Assembly: GCF_009914755.1 (NCBI RefSeq)
Contig: NC_060938.1
Direction: 5' to 3' (one strand)
DNA length: 64,000 bases
Source of the DNA: the human T2T-CHM13v2.0 reference genome, Homo sapiens
Shown: positions 57,350 to 64,000 of the stretch, one piece after another
How the letters are laid out: the number at the start of each line of letters is the position of its first letter
Numbering within the stretch: the first letter of the stretch is position 1
Program-made: the position numbers and the translations under genes
The notes under the pieces: generated by a model
What the model saw: only the letters and a program-made list of their open reading frames with translations
What the model was told of the DNA's origin: nothing
Database searches by the model: none

Positions 57350-58178
57350 CTCTGCTCGCAGCACACACCTGGGTACAGACCATGGTTTACCTCTGTGTGT
57401 ATGGCAATGGCAGGGAGTGTTTAAGGCTTAGAATTGGGAATTGAAAATTCGGTGGTTATCTTGAAGGAATTTAGCATACAAATAACTAATGTGAATGTAA
57501 ACTCAAGACATTTATACATATACAATTCCACGGACCTATCTGCAAATGTCCACAATGGGATCCAAGCCAGATACAAACTTCCTCTGACTAATAATTTAAC
57601 ATTAGTCAGTTGCCTGTTGATACTAAGGACACAAAAATGTCTTTGCATATGTGACTTTTTTTTGAGCAATTAGACAGTCAGGTTCTTTAGATCTTCACGT
57701 GAATTTATGATGAATTTAGTGGTTAGTAAAAGAAAAACTAAATGCTTAGAAATAAGCTGAAGTAATGAGATTTTCCTCTCATCCTCAGTAGACACAAGTT
57801 TTCTTGTTGTGGACACCTCAACAAGAATAAAGGGAAACAGAAATTATAGTTTCAGTATCCACAAATGGGCAACTGTTAGTTGTATTCACTGTTTATTCAG
57901 CCATATTACCACTTGAAGAAGCTCTGCTAGGACAATCCAGCAGAAGACAGTTATTTTCAAATGGTGTGAAGATTCCCTTCACTTTGCAAAAAAGAGTCGT
58001 AATAGAAGTCTTTATGGAGCATGACTCCTGACTTTTTGAATGAGCAACTCCTCTACAAATATACCTATTACATAAAAGTATATTCATTTGTATAAGAGAG
58101 GACTAAGTAACTGAACTATCTTAGACTTCAAGTTCCAGACTTCAGAAAGTTAATGTGTTAAAAATACTAGAGACTGTA

Positions 58179-58497
58179 GGCTGGGCGTGGTGACTCACGT
58201 CTGTAATCCCAACAATTTGGGAGGCTGAGGCTGGGGGATCACTTGAAGTCAGGACCTCGAGACCAGCTTGGCCAACATGGTAAAACCCCGTCTCCACTAA
58301 AAAAAAAAAAAAAATACAAAAATTGGCCAGCCGTAGTGGCACATGCCTGTAATCCCACCTACTCAGGAGGCTGAGGCACAAGAATCACTTGAGCTTGGGA
58401 GGCGGAGATTGCAGTGAGCTGAGATCATGCCATCGTATTCCAGCCTGGGTGACAGAGCGAGACTCCATCTCAAAAACAAAAAACAAACAAACAAAAA
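58179..58497 (+). mobile_element. Alu (AluS-like)
   Basis: Dimeric Alu. Confidence 0.92.
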
Positions 58498-60129
58498 CTA
58501 CTAGAAATTGCAACAACAAATAAACACCAGTAGTCATTCCAAAAAAAAAAAAAAATGCCTGCTCAACATGAATGCATTTACAATTCCCAAGAATTCCTCT
58601 TCTATACTCAATCAAATATACTAGATTTATGTTTTACAACATAATACTTTCACTTAAGTTATAAAGGCAGTGTAAGTCTATTAGAAATAATTTGTAAGAA
58701 AAATAACTTTTCTTCTATTAACTAAAAGGTAGGCCTAATATTTTTCCAGGATTTGTGTCCACTTATAGTAATGTATACACACAATTACAGGAATTAAAGA
58801 ACGCATACAGAGAAATGGGAGAGTGGAGAGTTAATTGTACTAAAAACCAGGAATGAAATAGTCACCAAAAATAAACACTAAATTTGGCATCAATTTAGAA
58901 ATCAAGACAAAAGATAAAATAATCCTAAAGTCTGCAAATTATTTGTCAAGGGATGGAATGTGTTCCTAGGACTAACTTCAAGGAAAATTATATGTGTATA
59001 TTTATACATATGTATATTTGGCCCCAGTTAAAACACCAAGCAGAATACAATGAATGAATGAGAGCAATGGCTTGGCTAGGTGCTTGGCTTTTCAGCCTGC
59101 CTTGCGACATGGTACCCTGAGATGACAGTGGGGAGAGTGGGTTTCTGCAGTGTGTTACAAGTAAAACAGGGCTGTTCTCTACCAAAACATCTCTGTTCTG
59201 CAGAATGTGCTCTTTGTCAACATTGTCACCCATAACAACAGGTAGAATAAAGTAGAGAGTTAGTTTGCCATTTGGCAACCCCCCAAGTCCAGCTCCACCA
59301 CCTATTATCCTACCTGTAAGCAGGTTTCTCAATCTCCCATTTCCAATATCTGAATGATAGAGATAATAATGGATCCTACTCCCTCAAAGGGGGCAGGAAG
59401 ATTGTGAAGATTAAATGTGTTGACATAAGTTAAATGCATAAGGTGCTGCCAAGCACATACAAGCCAATAGGTTAACTATTTTGTTTGTTACTGAAGGGTC
59501 TTGTGCCCTGAACTTCTCTGGTCTTCCAGAGCCTCCCTCCATGGTTTACCACCTGGGCTTGCTCCTGTTCAAGTCACATCAGTCCTCCAGCTCTTCTCAG
59601 AGGATCTGTTCTCTATCAAAACACCATTATGCAGAACAGTGCTCTTTTAATAACATTGTCAACCATGACAAAAGGCAGAATGGGGACTGATACCTTGGGG
59701 CATCACTCTTCATCTGTGTAACACAGGGTCTTCTGATGATCTAAAGTGGTAACAGGATTATAATGCAAGAGTTGGGGTAGACACTAGGCATCCTCCCACG
59801 CTATGCAGAGTCAGATGTGGCTGAACATTCAACCTAGCACTTTTTCCATAAAAGAGATGTGGAAATCAATTTCCAAGAAGATTTCGAACTGCTCGAATTT
59901 ACACCAAGAGGGTGTTCTACTTTCCTGCTAAAAAGCTTGAGTATTTTTATACAGTCCAGCTTTCCCTCCATAAACAGTTCACCTAAGTCAATTAAAAATT
60001 GTTTCCTTTTCTGTGTCATCTTTAAAAGAAAATCAAACACAACCAAGATACAGCATCATGTCCCATTTTCTGTTAAGTTTCATATAGTTTTAGTAACCCT
60101 TCCTTCCACCGCTATTGCCAAAAATGCTA

Positions 60130-60528
<399 letters not shown>

Positions 60529-60939
60529 CTAAGAATTTTATCACCTGTCCAGAAAGCTCCAGATATAATTGGTCACTATAGGTACAAAAAACAGCAGGAC
60601 AACTTAAGATTATAACCTGAAAATGGAATTTTTAATGGAGAAAAATCTGTGTCGACTTATACACATAGTGGCCACATACCTACGGGATACAGTCCCCTAT
60701 TAAAGCGCTGGCCTGTAAATGCTGCTGCACCACAGATTAAAAATGAGTCACAGGACCCTGAATCCTTGGACCCAACTCTCTCCTTCTCTGGTTCTTGACC
60801 CAGTGAAGGAGCTGATGATGCTATCATCCTCTGCCCTGCAAGTGTGAGATTTTAATTGCAGCACCCAGGACTTTGTTCCCACTCACTAAGCACCTTACTC
60901 AAACAAGTCAGAGAAGAAACACAATGTATTTTTTCTCAC

Positions 60940-61078
60940 CTGTCCAGAACAAGATCTGGAGCAAAGATGAGCTTGCCGGGGTGGTCAATTGAGCGCCACA
61001 TCAGCCCCATCATTAACACCTCCATCCAACAGCTCTCCAAGAGCCGCACTTGGTCGAACAGGCTGAGCTCCACAAAGC
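60940..61078 (-). CDS. ESR2: ESR2 LBD exon (G)[22 protein letters not shown]...DLVLD(R); 139 nt
   Basis: cccag|GCTTT, AG|gtgaga; nuclear-receptor LBD signature. Confidence 0.97.
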
Positions 61079-61588
61079 CTGGGGAAAGCAAGAGGCGGTG
61101 AGACACCCCCACCCCTCCTCCTCAGCTCCCTGTGTGTGTAGAGACAGAATGGCAAGTGTTAAAACACTAAGAAAACACAAACCATTAGGGAGTTGATATT
61201 TTATAGATGTGATTAACTGCTCATTAAAGGAAGAAAACTTTGAAGTTAAGCTGCGCAACTTAGTTTCCAGTCTTGGACCCCTTCTAGAGACAAATATACT
61301 TCATTTAGAGTTTGTCAAGCACTACGACCTCGGCTCAGAACTGATCTTTGTTAGCTGTGTCCTGATAATTCCTCTGCACTACTGAGAATGTTGATGCTTG
61401 GCTGCCAGTCAGAAGACCTGCCTGTCTGACCCAATCCTTGACTGGGATCAGAAGGGGTGGGGGATGGGGTAGGTGGGGGATGGGGTAGGTGGAGGTTGGG
61501 GTTGGAGGCTTGCAGAGAGCAGTGCCAGCCCTCACAGAAAACCAAGGCCTCAACTGCAAGGATTTCTCTGATTGATTAAAATTTCCTA

Positions 61589-62002
<414 letters not shown>

Positions 62003-62139
62003 TCACAGTACTGTTTGCAAACAGGTAATCTCTGGGGAGGGAAGCACTTCAAAAGCAAAGCAGAGAACACCGGGGCTTCCTTCACAAGCCATGATAAAAA
62101 GAGAGGGCCATGTAATATAAATATGATAACAAAAGACAC

Positions 62140-62350
62140 CGCCTTGGAGTGAAATGGACTCTGGTTCGAACCCCAGCTCAGCCTCTTTCTAGCTGTTCAC
62201 TTAATCTCCCATTAAGTCTTTGTTTTTCTTATAGGAAAATGGGGGTAACAATGCCTATCTCTGAGAATGTCTTATAGGCAGGATCTCTTATCATTCTTGT
62301 TTTACAGATGAGGAAACTACAGCAGAGAGAACACACATGGTTCAAGTCTT
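62140..62350. mobile_element. MIR fragments in opposite orientations
   Basis: ggttcgaaccccagctc...aaaatggggg and ttttacagatgaggaaact. Confidence 0.65.
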
Positions 62351-64000
62351 TGAACAATTATAACGCAAATCTGCCTCAAGGAGAATGTAATGGTGTTATG
62401 AATGTAAAGATGGATAAATACTTTCTAAATCCACATGCTTTGCTCAGTTTAGGTTCCTAATGTGTATATACCTTCCCAGTCTCACCCATAGTGATTGACA
62501 ATAAGCCTACCCAAGAGAGATCACGGTTCTTAATCTTGTAGATATTCAACAAGATCAAGGCTAGATGATATTTTAATATATATTTTTTGGTTTGGACAAT
62601 GACTATGCCAGCTAAGAGAGGAGAAAAAAAATCACGCCTTCAGATTATGTCTACGTTTCCTGAAAACTTTTCAAAACACCAGGCTTGAATAAGGAATAAT
62701 GCAGTTTAAGAGTTCAGATTTCTTATGGCACAAAGAAGGTGCACAGCTTTCAGCAATAATTAATTTCACCACTGCTCTCCATGTGTGGTCCTGCAAAATC
62801 GTGTTTGGAATACATTTAAAGCAAAAACTAGAGGAAAGTGCATCAGTATTGCCTCCCCTGGGAAAAAGCAGAGAAAATAAAATAATTCTGGCAAAGGTGA
62901 AGATGCTAGACAAAACAAAATACAACTAGAAACCAAAAATCCTCAGGAAGCTCAGAAGAAATGGGCCCAGGCCAACAAAAGTCCCCAAATGATACTGTCA
63001 CCATAGGCCTCAGTTCCCCAGGCTCTTTACCCAAAACTTCTCTTCCCCCAGCTTCTCACCCCTCCTCATCTTTACAGCTTGCCCAGTGCAGTCGCTGCCC
63101 TCCAGGCCATGGGAATGCCCCCAGTGGCTCAGAACTTATAAGAGACTTCATTTCTTCAAGGACTGTAAAGAACAGCATGGAGAAGCTGTCACAGGGGGAT
63201 CGTGGGGTGTTGCCACTCTAGGTTAGAATCCTAGATTCACTCCTCCACAGAAACACCAAGTCAAATGATAATTAGCTGGTAATTTTAGCATCATACAGCA
63301 CTTCAGATATATATTACAAATGGGCTTGAGAGAAGTGATCACTTTGGAGGATGGAAAACGCAGGTTCCAAGTGACAACTCATGAGTAACTAAGCTCATTT
63401 TTAACTTGATGGCATTCCAGGTTTATGGGCCCATTGATGATTCGTGTAACTTCAACCACTGATTTACTCTGTTTGTCCATACATATTCATTTATGTACAT
63501 AATATTGATTCTCTACTGGAACAATAATTTACAAAATTCTATTTAGCATCTGACAAACCTTTCACTTTCAAACTAGTCATACTGTACTCTACCCCACCCC
63601 TCCTTTCAAGGTGAGGAATCCACAGCCAAGAAATGGGTCAATGTGGAGTCTATCATTTTAACCACGTTCCAGGTTCCAGGACTCTAGGATTCTTGCCCAA
63701 ATGACCCCAAGCCCAATTCCAGAGCCTAGGTAGGTTCCCTGGGTCCATCCTCCCAGACCACCTCTAGGCATGAGAGGTGGCCAACAGGTGAGTGTCTGTA
63801 GCAGATGTGGACACACAGGATAGGGTTTGTGCAAGGTGGTATGGGATGCATCTAGCCATGGGAAAAGAAGGCAGTCAAGAATAGAAATGGCTGGGCCACG
63901 CACAACTCTTTCTGCACTACCATGTTGGGTACAGAACTCAGAAGAGTCTCAGAATTCTAAATCAGAACACGGCCTTGTTGAAGGTAGGTATGCCAAGACA

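Overview
Primate, almost certainly human (chr14q23), genomic DNA containing the convergent 3' ends of two genes. On the + strand are the last 17 exons of SYNE2 (nesprin-2), 6515-~30150. They encode spectrin repeats, the adaptive region with STAR, LEWD and the DV23 cassette, and the TM/KASH exon. On the - strand are the ligand-binding-domain exons of ESR2 (ERbeta; 139, 134 and 181 nt) and its four alternative C-termini: beta1, beta5, beta4 and beta2/cx. All exon boundaries were read by hand from GT/AG sites, and their phases join into continuous frames. The rest is intronic/UTR DNA with Alu, MIR, L1, L2, MaLR/ERVL LTRs and hAT/Tigger DNA transposons, including several nested insertions. I found no evidence of a wholly new gene or system. 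The best leads are isoform-control features. These are two candidate SYNE2 alternative first exons (799-818 and 931-1037, the second resembling the nesprin-1-alpha2 N-terminus), a UACUAAC/NAGNAG-flanked 50-nt exon acting as a KASH on/off switch, RBFOX sites after DV23, an open intron read-through with AATAAA after the LEWD exon, an apparently MIR-derived ERbeta4 exon, and inverted Alus in the ERbeta1 3'UTR. Repeat subfamily names and isoform names are from memory and were not checked by search.
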